From sequence record MF385003.1: a DNA stretch of 32,000 bases. One strand, written 5' to 3'. Position 1 is the first letter of the stretch, and each line of letters opens with the position of its first letter. The position numbers and the translations under genes are program-made. This document shows, one piece after another, positions 22,101-32,000 of the stretch. Below the pieces are notes generated by a model. The model did no database searches, was not told the origin of the DNA, and saw nothing but the letters and a program-made list of their open reading frames with translations.

Positions 22101-22856
22101 TACTCGTCCAGCTAGAGCTTGTTCTAAATTTATTAATACTTTTTGTGTATCAACTAAATCTTCCAAGATGATACCTTTCTTTGTCCTACAATCAACCTCT
22201 CTGATAATTACATCTTGAGAAACATCAACAAGTCGACGAGTTAGATATCCAGAATCTGCTGTTCTTAAGGCAGTATCTACAAGTCCTTTTCTAGCGCCAT
22301 ATGACGAAATAAAATAATCGGTGACTGTTAAACCTTCTCGAAAATTACTAGATATTGGCAAATCAATAATTTGTCCTTGGGGATCAGCCATTAATCCTCT
22401 CATACCAACCAGTTGTCTTACTTGAGAAATATTACCTCTAGCACCAGAAAATGCCATCATATAGACAGAATTCAAAGGATCTGTTTCTTTAAAATATTCA
22501 ATTACCTCTTGCTTCAAAGATTCGCTTGCATTATTCCAGGTATCAATAACTTTTTGAAATCTTTCAACTGCTGTTATTTCTCCTCTACGATATTTATTTT
22601 CGGTATTTTTAATTTCTTCAATAGTTAAGAGCAGAAGACTCTTTTTGCTAGGGGGGATCCTTAAATCTTCTAGACTTAAAGAAATTCCTGCTTGAGTAGC
22701 ATAATGAAATCCGAGGTCTTTCAATTTATCTGCCATATTAGCTGCTCGCGCTATACCGTAATTACGAAATGCCCAAACGATTAAGTTCTTAAGTTGATTT
22801 TTATCTATAACCTTATTAGAAAAACTTGGTTGTGAGAGACTTTTCCTACTATTCAC
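19182..22856 (-). CDS. rpoC2: RNA polymerase beta'' subunit
   Basis: 1224 aa with [68 protein letters not shown] and a C-terminal RLIPAGTG. It follows rpoC1. Confidence 0.96.
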   Translation of the reverse strand: [1224 protein letters not shown]

Positions 22857-22890
22857 TAAATCTTCTCCATATTGAAAAATAATCGATTCA

Positions 22891-24780
22891 CTAAGCTACT
22901 AAAGACTCTTGGATAATTTTATTGAAGATAATACGACCAGGAGTTGTCCTAATATATTGAACTATTCTTTGATGCTCAACATCTTCTTTAATAATATGAT
23001 TATCAAAGAATTTCGTCACACTTTTATCATGATGTGTATCTATCTTAATTGGAAACTTAACTTGGTCACTATCTATAACTCCATCAAAACGGGCCCAAAT
23101 ATAAGCATGAAGATCAACTTTTTTTTGCTCATACGCTATTACTACGTCTTCTAAACTTGCAAAATATTGACTTGCTCCTTGTTGCTGAGAAGGATTATTA
23201 GCTGTTAAATAGTAACAACCTAGAACCATATCTTGGCTAGGCATAATAATTGGCTGGCCTGTAGCTGGAGAAAGAAAGTTATGAGGTGCTAGCATTAGCA
23301 GTCTAGCTTCTGCTTGTGCTTCAAGAGATAGCGGAACGTGAACAGCCATTTGATCACCATCAAAATCAGCATTAAATGCAGGACATACAAGAGGATGTAA
23401 TTTTATAGCTCTTCCTTCAACAAGGATAGGTTCAAAAGCTTGAATACCTAATCTATGTAATGTTGGCGCTCTATTTAGTAAAACTGGGTGCCCTTGAATA
23501 ACTTCGTTCAAAACATTCCAAATCGAAGATTCATTTTTTTGAATCATTTTTTTCGCAGCTTTAATATTATTAACTAATCCTTGAAGAATTAGTCTATGTA
23601 TAACAAAAGGCTGAAATAATTCAAGTGCCATTTCTCTCGGCAAGCCACATTGGTGCAATTTTAAATGAGGACCTACAACAATGACAGATCTTCCTGAATA
23701 ATCTACCCTTTTGCCTAATAGATTCTGTCTGAAACGTCCCTGCTTTCCTTCTATGATATCGGATAAAGATTTCAAAGGCCTGTTATTAGCACCGACTACA
23801 GTTCTACCTCGACGACCATTGTCCATTAATGAATCTACAGCTTCCTGAAGCATCCTTTTTTCATTTCTGATAATAATTTCGGGGGCTAAAATTGATTTAA
23901 GACGTGATAATCGATTGTTTCTATTAATTATTCTACGATAAAATTCATTTAGATCAGCAGTGGCGAATCTACCACCATCCAACTGAACCATTGGTCTTAA
24001 ATCTGGAGGTATAACTGGAATAACTGTAAATACCATCCAGGAAGGGTCTGCACCAGTTGCTATGAAATTTTCAATCAATCTTAAGCGCTTCATTTTTTTA
24101 TTGAATTTTAAAGAAGGTGTCTTAAAACTTTTTGGTGGATTAGTTGCTTCTGACCGTAATGCTTCTGCAATATAATCTAGGTCTAAATCTTTTAAAAGTT
24201 TTTGTATAGCTTCAGCTCCTATTCCAACTTCTATTTGATTATTTTCGTCCTGATTTTGATAAATTTCTTCTTCAAGAGATTTCCATTCATAACCTTCTAA
24301 TAATTGTTTATATTTCAAATTAGTTTCTTTACTGGATTGTGTAACAACATAAGAATGAAAATATACAATTTTTTCGACTTCTTTCACCTTCAAATCAAGG
24401 GCTAAAGCAATATAACTGGTACTGCCTTTTAAATACCAAACATGAGTAACTGGGGATGCAAGTTCGATATAAGCCATTCTATGTCTTCTCACTCTCGATT
24501 CTGTTACTTCCACACCACATCGTTCACATACTATGCCTTTATAGCGAAAACGCTTATATTTCCCGCAGTGGCATTCCCAATCCTTGACTGGTCCGAAAAT
24601 TTTCTCACAGAATAGTCCATCCATTTCTGGCTTTAAGGTTCTATAATTAATAGTTTCCGGTTTCGTAATCTCTCCAACAATTTGACCATTAGGCAAACTT
24701 CTTTCTCCCCACTGTCGAATCTTTTCAGGTGAAGCTAAACTAATTTTTACATAGTCAAAATATTGCTCAAAATTTGTCAT
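22891..24780 (-). CDS. rpoC1: RNA polymerase beta' subunit (N-terminal half, split cyanobacterial/plastid type)
   Basis: 629 aa with a zinc-binding CHCGKY...CERCGVEV motif and the catalytic [12 protein letters not shown] motif. Confidence 0.97.
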   Translation of the reverse strand: MTNFEQYFDYVKISLASPEKIRQWGERSLPNGQIVGEITKPETINYRTLKPEMDGLFCEKIFGPVKDWECHCGKYKRFRYKGIVCERCGVEVTESRVRRHRMAYIELASPVTHVWYLKGSTSYIALALDLKVKEVEKIVYFHSYVVTQSSKETNLKYKQLLEGYEWKSLEEEIYQNQDENNQIEVGIGAEAIQKLLKDLDLDYIAEALRSEATNPPKSFKTPSLKFNKKMKRLRLIENFIATGADPSWMVFTVIPVIPPDLRPMVQLDGGRFATADLNEFYRRIINRNNRLSRLKSILAPEIIIRNEKRMLQEAVDSLMDNGRRGRTVVGANNRPLKSLSDIIEGKQGRFRQNLLGKRVDYSGRSVIVVGPHLKLHQCGLPREMALELFQPFVIHRLILQGLVNNIKAAKKMIQKNESSIWNVLNEVIQGHPVLLNRAPTLHRLGIQAFEPILVEGRAIKLHPLVCPAFNADFDGDQMAVHVPLSLEAQAEARLLMLAPHNFLSPATGQPIIMPSQDMVLGCYYLTANNPSQQQGASQYFASLEDVVIAYEQKKVDLHAYIWARFDGVIDSDQVKFPIKIDTHHDKSVTKFFDNHIIKEDVEHQRIVQYIRTTPGRIIFNKIIQESLVA

Positions 24781-24846
24781 AAATTTAAATGCCTTAAAAT
24801 CAAATAATTGGCCAATATCTTTAGGTCTCTTTTAATTTTGAACAAG

Positions 24847-27800
24847 TTAGTATAAAAATTGTTCAAAATCATCAACAGGAGGAGCATCATAATTAGAGCG
24901 AGATGCTCTATCCTCTTTTGAATCAGACATTAAATCAACTTCTATTGTGCGTCTTTGACCATCTTCAAATAATTTCAATTTATGAACAGCAATATCTAAG
25001 CCTAAAGATTGCAACTCTCTCATCAAAACTTTAAATGATTCGGGTGTACCGGGTTTCGGAATAGGTTTCCCCTTGACTATTGCATTCAGCGCTTCGTTCC
25101 GAGCTTGCATGTCATCTGACTTTACAGTTAATAACTCTTGCAAAGTATATGCTGCCCCAAAAGCTTCTAAAGCCCATACTTCCATTTCTCCTAGTCTTTG
25201 ACCACCATGTTGTGCTCGCCCTCCTAAAGGCTGTTGGGTAACTAAAGAATAAGGACCAGTAGATCTCGCATGAATTTTATCGTCAACTAAATGAACTAGT
25301 TTTAGCATGTAAGCTCTTCCAATTGTTACAGGATTATCAAAAGGCTCACCTGTCCTTCCATCAAACACTTGCATTTTTCCAGGATGCTGGTCATTAAAAA
25401 TCCATTTATTTTTGGTTAAAATTGAGGCTTCTTGCAATTTTCTATTTACAAGCGCTCTAGATGCTTCAGCTCCGTACATTTCATCAAATGGGATTATTTT
25501 AAATCGCTTCTCTAAATATCCGCCTGCTAAACCTAATAAGCATTCAAAAACTTGACCAACATTCATCCTAGATGGAACACCTAAGGGGTTTAAAACGATA
25601 TCTACCGGAGTACCATCACATAAATAAGGCATGTCCTGTTTAGGTAAAATTCTAGAAATAATACCTTTATTCCCATGTCGACCAGCCATTTTGTCGCCTA
25701 CTTGAATTTTTCTTTTTTGTGCTACATAAACACGAATCATGGCATTAGTTCCAGGAGGTAATTCATCTCTTTTTTGTCTTGTAAACACTCTAACATTAAC
25801 AACCCTACCTTTAGCTGCATTAGGTAATCTTAAGGATGTATCCCTGACATCTCTAGCTTTTTCACCAAAGATAGCACGTAATAATTTGCCTTCAGGTAAT
25901 TGATCAGCTTCCCCTTTAGGAGTAATTTTACCTACTAAAATATCTCCAGCTTCAACCCAGGAACCACAGACAACTATTCCATTTCGATCTAAATCTTTTA
26001 GCGAATGGTCGCTAACGTTCGGTATCTCTCTAGTAATTTCTTCTGGACCCAATTTAGTTTGTCGACATTCTACTTCATATTTTTCTATATGGATGGAAGT
26101 ATAGACATCTTCATAAACCAATCTTTCGCTAATAAGAAAAGCATCTTCATAGTTATATCCCTCCCAGGGCATGTATGCAACGAGTATGTTTCTTCCTAGT
26201 GCAATTTCACCACAATCAGTAGAAGCTCCATCAGCCAATGTTTGTCCTACAACAATTTTTTCTCCGACCCAGACAATTGGACGCTGATTAATACAAGTGT
26301 CTTGATTCGAACGATAATATTTCTTCAATCGGTAATGAACCGTTCTACCATTATTATCTTGAATTCCTATTTTGTTGGCAGAAACATATTTAACATAACC
26401 AGATGTTCTACTGATGACAACCATACCTGAATCACGAGCAATTTTTGTTTCAAGACCTGTACCAATAATTGGTTTTTCTGGATATAATAATGGTACTGCT
26501 TGTCTTTGCATATTCGATCCCATTAAAGCTCTATTAGCATCATCATGCTCTAAAAATGGAATTAAGGATGTTGCTGCTGAAATTACTTGGATAGGCGAAA
26601 TCGCAATATAATCTACTTGATTTGGAATTGTAGTAACAAATTCTTGACGGTAGCGAACAGGAATAATATCTCCTTGTATATAGTTCTGAGCATCAACTTT
26701 AACATCTCCTGGGGCAACCCTAAAGTCATCTTCTTCATCTGCTGTCAAATAAATAGGACTATTTGAATAATCTACTTGACCATCATGAACAGGATAAAAA
26801 GGTGTTTCAATAAAACCAAATATATTTACCCTAGCACAAGTAGCAAGTGAACCAATAAGGCCTGCATTTGGACCTTCTGGCGTCTCAATTGGACATATTC
26901 TTCCATAATGGCTAGGATGTAAATCTCTAACAGCAAATCCAGCTCGATCTTTATTAAAGCCTCCAGGACCGAGAGCACTAATTCTTCTCTTGTGGGTTAA
27001 TTCTGCAACCGGATTAGTTTGGTCCATAAACTGAGAAAGTTGACTAGAGCCAAAAAATTCTCGGACTGAGGCAATTAATGGTTTAGGATTAATTAAATTA
27101 GACAAACTTAATGAATCTATATCACATATCATCATTCTTTCTCTAATGATACGTTCCAAACGGTTTAAACCAACTCGAAATTGGTTTTGAAGTAATTCAC
27201 CTACTGATCTAACTCTTCTATTACCTAAGTGATCGATATCATCAAGATTTCCAGAATTCTTATCTTTAATATTAATCAGATAATCTATTGAAGATAAAAT
27301 ATCTTGAGGGGATAATACTCGAAAGGCTTTAGGTATGTTTAGGCCAAGTTTTTTATTGATTTTGTATCGACCAACTTCACCTAAATCATATCTTTTGGGA
27401 TCAAAAAAACGAGAGTATAACATTTGCTTAGCAACTGCAACCGTAGCTGGTTCGTTTGGTCTTAGCTTGGAATAAACTATTAAAAGAGCTTCTTCATCTG
27501 TAACTTCTTCAATGTCATTTTTTCCAATTTCTCTTGCTAGCTCTTTAACTGAGTATGATTGAGATGCAGATATTAAAAAAGCATATTTACTTAAACCTTT
27601 CTGAATTTCATCCTTGTTTAAACCAATTGCACGGAGAAAAATATATGCATTAACCTTGTGAGTTTTATCTATTCGTATCCAAATTTCGCCTTTAGGATCT
27701 ATTTCAAATTTAAGCCAGGATCCTCGATTTGAGATGAGACTCGCGCTGTAAATTTGCTTACCATTCTTATCTATCTCTTGTTTATAATAAATCCCCGGAC

Positions 27801-28278
27801 TACGAATTATTTGGTTAATAATAACTCGTTCTGTCCCAGAAATAATGAAAGTACCTCGATTAGTCATTATTGGCAGATCACCAATAAAGACTAATCTCTT
27901 TTTATACTTTTTATTTTTTATCTGTTTTTCTGCACTAAATTGTAAATGATTTGAAGATAAATCTAATGATTTAATCGTTTTGTTCTGATCTTTAGAAGGT
28001 AAATCAATGTCTTTTCTAGTTAATTTAGCGGGAACGTATATTTGAGCACTATAAGTTCTATCTCGACTTTTAGCTTGTCTAACACTATATCTAGGAAATT
28101 TAATTTTATATTCTTTGCCAAATAATTGTAGCTCAAGTCGGCTAGTAGGATCTGAAATATTCGGGAAAAAGGCAAGCACTTCAGTCAGGCCTTCTAATAA
28201 AAACCATTTGAAACTAGCTCTTTGAATTTCAACTAAATCTGGAAGCAGTTTATTTTTTAAGCTTACACGTTGAATCAT
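24847..28278 (-). CDS. rpoB: RNA polymerase beta subunit
   Basis: 1143 aa with the canonical beta blocks [65 protein letters not shown]. Confidence 0.97.
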   Translation of the reverse strand: MIQRVSLKNKLLPDLVEIQRASFKWFLLEGLTEVLAFFPNISDPTSRLELQLFGKEYKIKFPRYSVRQAKSRDRTYSAQIYVPAKLTRKDIDLPSKDQNKTIKSLDLSSNHLQFSAEKQIKNKKYKKRLVFIGDLPIMTNRGTFIISGTERVIINQIIRSPGIYYKQEIDKNGKQIYSASLISNRGSWLKFEIDPKGEIWIRIDKTHKVNAYIFLRAIGLNKDEIQKGLSKYAFLISASQSYSVKELAREIGKNDIEEVTDEEALLIVYSKLRPNEPATVAVAKQMLYSRFFDPKRYDLGEVGRYKINKKLGLNIPKAFRVLSPQDILSSIDYLINIKDKNSGNLDDIDHLGNRRVRSVGELLQNQFRVGLNRLERIIRERMMICDIDSLSLSNLINPKPLIASVREFFGSSQLSQFMDQTNPVAELTHKRRISALGPGGFNKDRAGFAVRDLHPSHYGRICPIETPEGPNAGLIGSLATCARVNIFGFIETPFYPVHDGQVDYSNSPIYLTADEEDDFRVAPGDVKVDAQNYIQGDIIPVRYRQEFVTTIPNQVDYIAISPIQVISAATSLIPFLEHDDANRALMGSNMQRQAVPLLYPEKPIIGTGLETKIARDSGMVVISRTSGYVKYVSANKIGIQDNNGRTVHYRLKKYYRSNQDTCINQRPIVWVGEKIVVGQTLADGASTDCGEIALGRNILVAYMPWEGYNYEDAFLISERLVYEDVYTSIHIEKYEVECRQTKLGPEEITREIPNVSDHSLKDLDRNGIVVCGSWVEAGDILVGKITPKGEADQLPEGKLLRAIFGEKARDVRDTSLRLPNAAKGRVVNVRVFTRQKRDELPPGTNAMIRVYVAQKRKIQVGDKMAGRHGNKGIISRILPKQDMPYLCDGTPVDIVLNPLGVPSRMNVGQVFECLLGLAGGYLEKRFKIIPFDEMYGAEASRALVNRKLQEASILTKNKWIFNDQHPGKMQVFDGRTGEPFDNPVTIGRAYMLKLVHLVDDKIHARSTGPYSLVTQQPLGGRAQHGGQRLGEMEVWALEAFGAAYTLQELLTVKSDDMQARNEALNAIVKGKPIPKPGTPESFKVLMRELQSLGLDIAVHKLKLFEDGQRRTIEVDLMSDSKEDRASRSNYDAPPVDDFEQFLY

Positions 28279-28558
28279 AGATCTCCTTTATAGCAAATTC
28301 TGAAATTGAAGAGTTTGATATTGTACACAAAATAATTGTAGTTAATGCCTCAAATTGATTGACTGTCTTGCTTACTCTTTAGACATGATTAGAATATAAT
28401 ATTTTATTAAGTTAAAAAATTTTCTAAATTTCGACTTTATGCATAAATAAAGAGGTTTGAACTGTTGTTGAAACCATTAAGCTATTTTAAAAATAAAATT
28501 AATACTTGCCTTTCTGCCAAATAATTGACATTAAGATAGACAAGTATTATTTATTGTA

Positions 28559-28843
28559 TTAGTTCTGTTGTTTTTGAGCATAGGCAAATGCTCGCGCAAG
28601 TCTTGCTTTTTTTCGAGCTCCAGTGTTAGGGTGAAATGCTCCTTTTTTTATTGCTTTATCAATTTTACTATATACTTGAGCAATACTTAATTGTACATCA
28701 TCTAAATTAGAATTTTCTAAATTATCAATGTTTGTAAAACACCTTTTAGTTAAGGTTTTAACAGCCGATTTATACTTACGGTTAATGAGACGGTTTCTCT
28801 CCGAGGTTTTAATGCGTTTAATCGCAGATTGATTCTTAGCCAC
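28559..28843 (-). CDS. rps20: Ribosomal protein S20
   Basis: The conserved S20 N-terminus (V)AKNQSAIKRIKTSERNRLINRKYKS begins at the in-frame GTG (plus-strand cac at 28841-28843). The 24 upstream codons of the tracked ORF (to 28915) are hydrophobic, unlike S20, and are probably 5' leader. Confidence 0.85.
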   Translation of the reverse strand: MAKNQSAIKRIKTSERNRLINRKYKSAVKTLTKRCFTNIDNLENSNLDDVQLSIAQVYSKIDKAIKKGAFHPNTGARKKARLARAFAYAQKQQN

Positions 28844-29039
28844 AGTAAATCCAGTAAAACTCTTATAAAATATTTGTAGAAACGAAAACAACAAGTTCGC
28901 AATATATTCGAACAAGTAATATGCGCCGTATTATAACATTAAAAAAAAACAATAGGCAATAGTTCTGAGCCAGCTTTTATTGTTACAAGATCAATCTTGT
29001 TATTGCATAAATTTTACTCAATAGTATTTAATTAAATAA

Positions 29040-29387
<348 letters not shown>

Positions 29388-29476
29388 GATTGACAATTTG
29401 TTTAGGCTTGATACTTTTTTAATAAACATGAGATAATAAGGATCTATTATATAGTTATAACCAGGGTATAAAACTG

Positions 29477-29674
29477 ATGGCTAAAAGTAAAGGCGCTCGT
29501 ATCGTGATAACATTAGAATGTACTAACAAGTCTATAGAAATTTCACAAAAAAGGAAAGCTGGTGTTTTCCGATATACAACTACTAAAAATAGAAGAAATA
29601 CACCCAGCAGAATTGAATTAAAAAAATTCTGTCCTAATTGTAATCGTCATTGTATATTTAAAGAAATCAAGTAG
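29477..29674 (+). CDS. rpl33: Ribosomal protein L33
   Basis: 65 aa: [16 protein letters not shown]...[35 protein letters not shown]. Confidence 0.93.
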   Translation: MAKSKGARIVITLECTNKSIEISQKRKAGVFRYTTTKNRRNTPSRIELKKFCPNCNRHCIFKEIK

Positions 29675-29704
29675 TTCTTCATATTATTAAAATACAATCA
29701 TATT

Positions 29705-29917
29705 ATGGCTATATATAGAAAAAAAATCTCTCCAATTAAACCAACAGAAGCTGTAGATTACAAAGATATAGATTTGCTGAGAAAGTTTATCACAGAGCAA
29801 GGTAAAATTGTACCCAAGCGATCGACGGGACTAACATCTAAGCAACAAAAAAAACTCACTAAAGCTATTAAGCAAGCCAGAATACTTTCTCTGTTACCAT
29901 TCCTAAATAAAGATTAA
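29705..29917 (+). CDS. rps18: Ribosomal protein S18
   Basis: 70 aa: [50 protein letters not shown]. Confidence 0.93.
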   Translation: MAIYRKKISPIKPTEAVDYKDIDLLRKFITEQGKIVPKRSTGLTSKQQKKLTKAIKQARILSLLPFLNKD

Positions 29918-30091
29918 ATACACATGGTCTATATTAATACTATGATGTACTAGTATTGGAGTTTCTCGAGGGTATAGTAAGTATGAAATTCAGTTGTATC
30001 TAATACATCTGCAACTAATATTACATTTATAAAAAACTATTTATTACAAATTTTTTCACTTTATCAGAGTCAATTTATAAATAAAGTCATA

Positions 30092-30133
30092 CCTCTTTTA
30101 ATTGATTGTATTTTATAATTAATTTAAAAGAGG
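30092..30133. terminator. 10-bp inverted repeat between convergent rps18 and infB
   Basis: cctcttttaa (30092-30101) pairs with ttaaaagagg (30124-30133) around a 22-nt AT-rich loop. The stem sequence resembles the rbcS-cbbX hairpin at 1389-1440. Confidence 0.35.
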
Positions 30134-30192
30134 ATTAATATGCATAGCCTAAAGATATAATCTAAATAGTTCACCAAATTCAAAATTATCTT

Positions 30193-32000
30193 TTACAATG
30201 ATCTATTTTTCGGCACTAAATCAAATGACTGAATTTTATCACCGGGTTGCCATAGCTGAAATTCAGCAATAAAAATACCACATTCATTACCGGCTTGGAC
30301 TTCTTGTACGTCTTCTCTAACACGTTTTAAAGATTCTATTGTTCCTTGATAAACTATTGTATCTTCTCTCAAGACTTTAATCAAAGAATTCTTCAATAAT
30401 TTGTTATTAGTAACTCGACATCCTGCTATTTTTCTATTAGCTAGAGAAAATACAGTACCAACTTCCGCTTCACCAACTGGCACTTCTGAATATTCAGGAT
30501 CAAGCAGAGTTTCCATTTTTTCCCTAATACCTTCAATTAATCCATAAATTATTTGATAGTTTTCAATAATTACATTTAGTTTAGCTGCTGCCTGTCTTGT
30601 TCCTGGGGCAAAATTAGTGTTAAAACCTATTAAGCTTGAATTAGTAGTTGAAGCTAATTCCACATCCGTAGCTGTAATCTCACCTGGCAAAATGGACAAA
30701 ACATTTAGCTGTACTTTACTTTGAGGAAATTGGGATAATGAATCTAGAATTGCTTCTGTTGATCCTTGATTATCTGTTTTAATAATTAGACTAACTTGTT
30801 TATTTTCGTCCTTGGAATTAATAGTACTTAAAGTATCTAAAGTGATTCGACTATTTAGAGCCTTTTGCTTTTGTACAATTATTGAGTTAGTAGACTCATT
30901 TTCAATAGCTTTAAGCTTAGCTTCTTTATCATTACTAACTGCTAAGGCTACTTCGCCGGTAGCTGGAACACTTGACAAACCCCAAATCTCTACTACAGAA
31001 GATGGCTCTGCTAAATTAATTTTTTGCTTAGCATTGTTAATTATTGCCCGAATTTTTGCATGAGTCATTCCAATTACCATATTATCACCAGTATGCAATG
31101 TGCCATTTTGTATCAACAAAGTTGCAACAGGCCCGTGAAATTTGTCTAAATGAGCTTCTATTATTATTCCTTGAGCAAGCTGTGTTGGATCTGCTTGTAA
31201 ATTTTCTAATTCTGCTAGTAATAGAATTGTTTCTAGTAATTTATCAATGTTCTCCCCTGTAACGGAACTAATAGGAATTACTGGGACTGATCCTCCTAAT
31301 TTTTCAGAAATAACATTATGTACTACTAGATCATTTTGAATTTCATCTACATTATCTAAACTTTTATCCATTTTGGAAATTGCAACAACAAAGGAAACAT
31401 TAGCTTTCTGAAGATGTTGAATAGCTTCTATTGTTTGAGGCTTAATCCCGTCATCTGCAGCTATAATAATAATTGCAACATCAGTTAAATTAGCCCCCCG
31501 AGACCTCATACTTGTAAATGCTTCGTGTCCAGGAGTATCTAAAAAGACAATTTTTTGATGTTTAAATTCAACTTCATAAGCAGCAATATTTTGAGTAATG
31601 CCGCCAACTTCTTTATTAGCATTATTTGATTTATGAATATAATCTAATAACGTAGTTTTGCCATGATCAACATGCCCTAGAATTGTCACAACTGGTGGTC
31701 GATCTATACAATGATGATTATCTACAATAAATGGGATATCTGAATTCCTGATCTGCCTGTTTTTATTATTTTGGTCATGTGATTCTACTGCTATACCAAA
31801 ATTCTTAGCTACTGATGAAATAATCGTAGTATCAATAGTTTGATTAATTGTAACTGATATCCCTTTTAAAAATAGATACTTGATAATATCAGTTTCTGGT
31901 ATACAAATTAACTTGGATAGTTCTTGAATAGTTAAAGGATTGATAAGTTTAATAGATTCTGGTGGAGAATTTGGCAGAATAATAGATTTATCTATACTTA
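30193..32000 (-). CDS. infB: Translation initiation factor IF-2 (5' end beyond the window)
   Basis: It has the G domain RPPVVTILGHVDHGKTTLLD...DTPGHEAF and the C-terminal IF2 domains. I hand-checked the minus-strand frame upstream of the tracked start (an internal GTG at 31687-31689). It stays open to base 32000 and reads ...LTIQELSKLICIPETDIIKYLFLKGISVTINQTID..., the conserved IF2 region preceding the G domain. Confidence 0.93.
   Translation of the reverse strand, partial: SIDKSIILPNSPPESIKLINPLTIQELSKLICIPETDIIKYLFLKGISVTINQTIDTTIISSVAKNFGIAVESHDQNNKNRQIRNSDIPFIVDNHHCIDRPPVVTILGHVDHGKTTLLDYIHKSNNANKEVGGITQNIAAYEVEFKHQKIVFLDTPGHEAFTSMRSRGANLTDVAIIIIAADDGIKPQTIEAIQHLQKANVSFVVAISKMDKSLDNVDEIQNDLVVHNVISEKLGGSVPVIPISSVTGENIDKLLETILLLAELENLQADPTQLAQGIIIEAHLDKFHGPVATLLIQNGTLHTGDNMVIGMTHAKIRAIINNAKQKINLAEPSSVVEIWGLSSVPATGEVALAVSNDKEAKLKAIENESTNSIIVQKQKALNSRITLDTLSTINSKDENKQVSLIIKTDNQGSTEAILDSLSQFPQSKVQLNVLSILPGEITATDVELASTTNSSLIGFNTNFAPGTRQAAAKLNVIIENYQIIYGLIEGIREKMETLLDPEYSEVPVGEAEVGTVFSLANRKIAGCRVTNNKLLKNSLIKVLREDTIVYQGTIESLKRVREDVQEVQAGNECGIFIAEFQLWQPGDKIQSFDLVPKNRSL

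Noticed and set aside
28985-29000. Tested the glnB-upstream palindrome as an NtcA box.
   Set aside because: No GTA-N8-TAC (or TGT-N10-ACA in the CRP orientation) can be aligned. I kept it only as a generic palindrome of unknown function.
31687-31689. Apparent infB start at the tracked ORF boundary (MTILGHVDHGKT).
   Set aside because: This is an internal GTG (Val) within the conserved RPPVVTILGHVDHGKT motif. The frame stays open upstream to the window edge with IF2-like sequence, so the gene is 5'-truncated by the window.

Overview
This strongly AT-rich window looks like a segment of a red-algal plastid genome, not a bacterial chromosome. The gene set is the one retained in bangiophycean-type (Porphyra/Pyropia-like) plastids. 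It includes red-type (form ID) RuBisCO rbcL(3' part)-rbcS-cbbX, ycf34, ilvH, infC, cemA, cpcS/ycf58, psbI, ycf41, ycf39, sufB-sufC and glnB-rpl33-rps18. A long co-oriented minus-strand block runs rpoB-rpoC1-rpoC2-rps2-tsf-atpI-atpH-atpG-atpF-atpD-atpA, and a 5'-truncated infB reaches the right edge. Four tRNA genes are readable: Cys-GCA, Leu-UAA, Leu-CAA and one class II tRNA whose anticodon reads CAU. One short gene, psbI (38 codons), is absent from the ORF track. I found no CRISPR array, transposase, integrase, rRNA or long repeat. Most of the window is ordinary, conserved plastid DNA. Three things deserve a second look. First, a roughly 2 kb reading frame (about 5316/5463-7337) looks like an Omp85/Toc75-type POTRA plus beta-barrel protein, and it is split over three frames at two homopolymer tracts. 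Second, the long-variable-arm tRNA carries a CAU anticodon. Third, an orphan EcfT/CbiQ-like membrane protein sits upstream of sufBC. All protein assignments rest on motif recognition in the supplied translations and on gene order. No database search was run.
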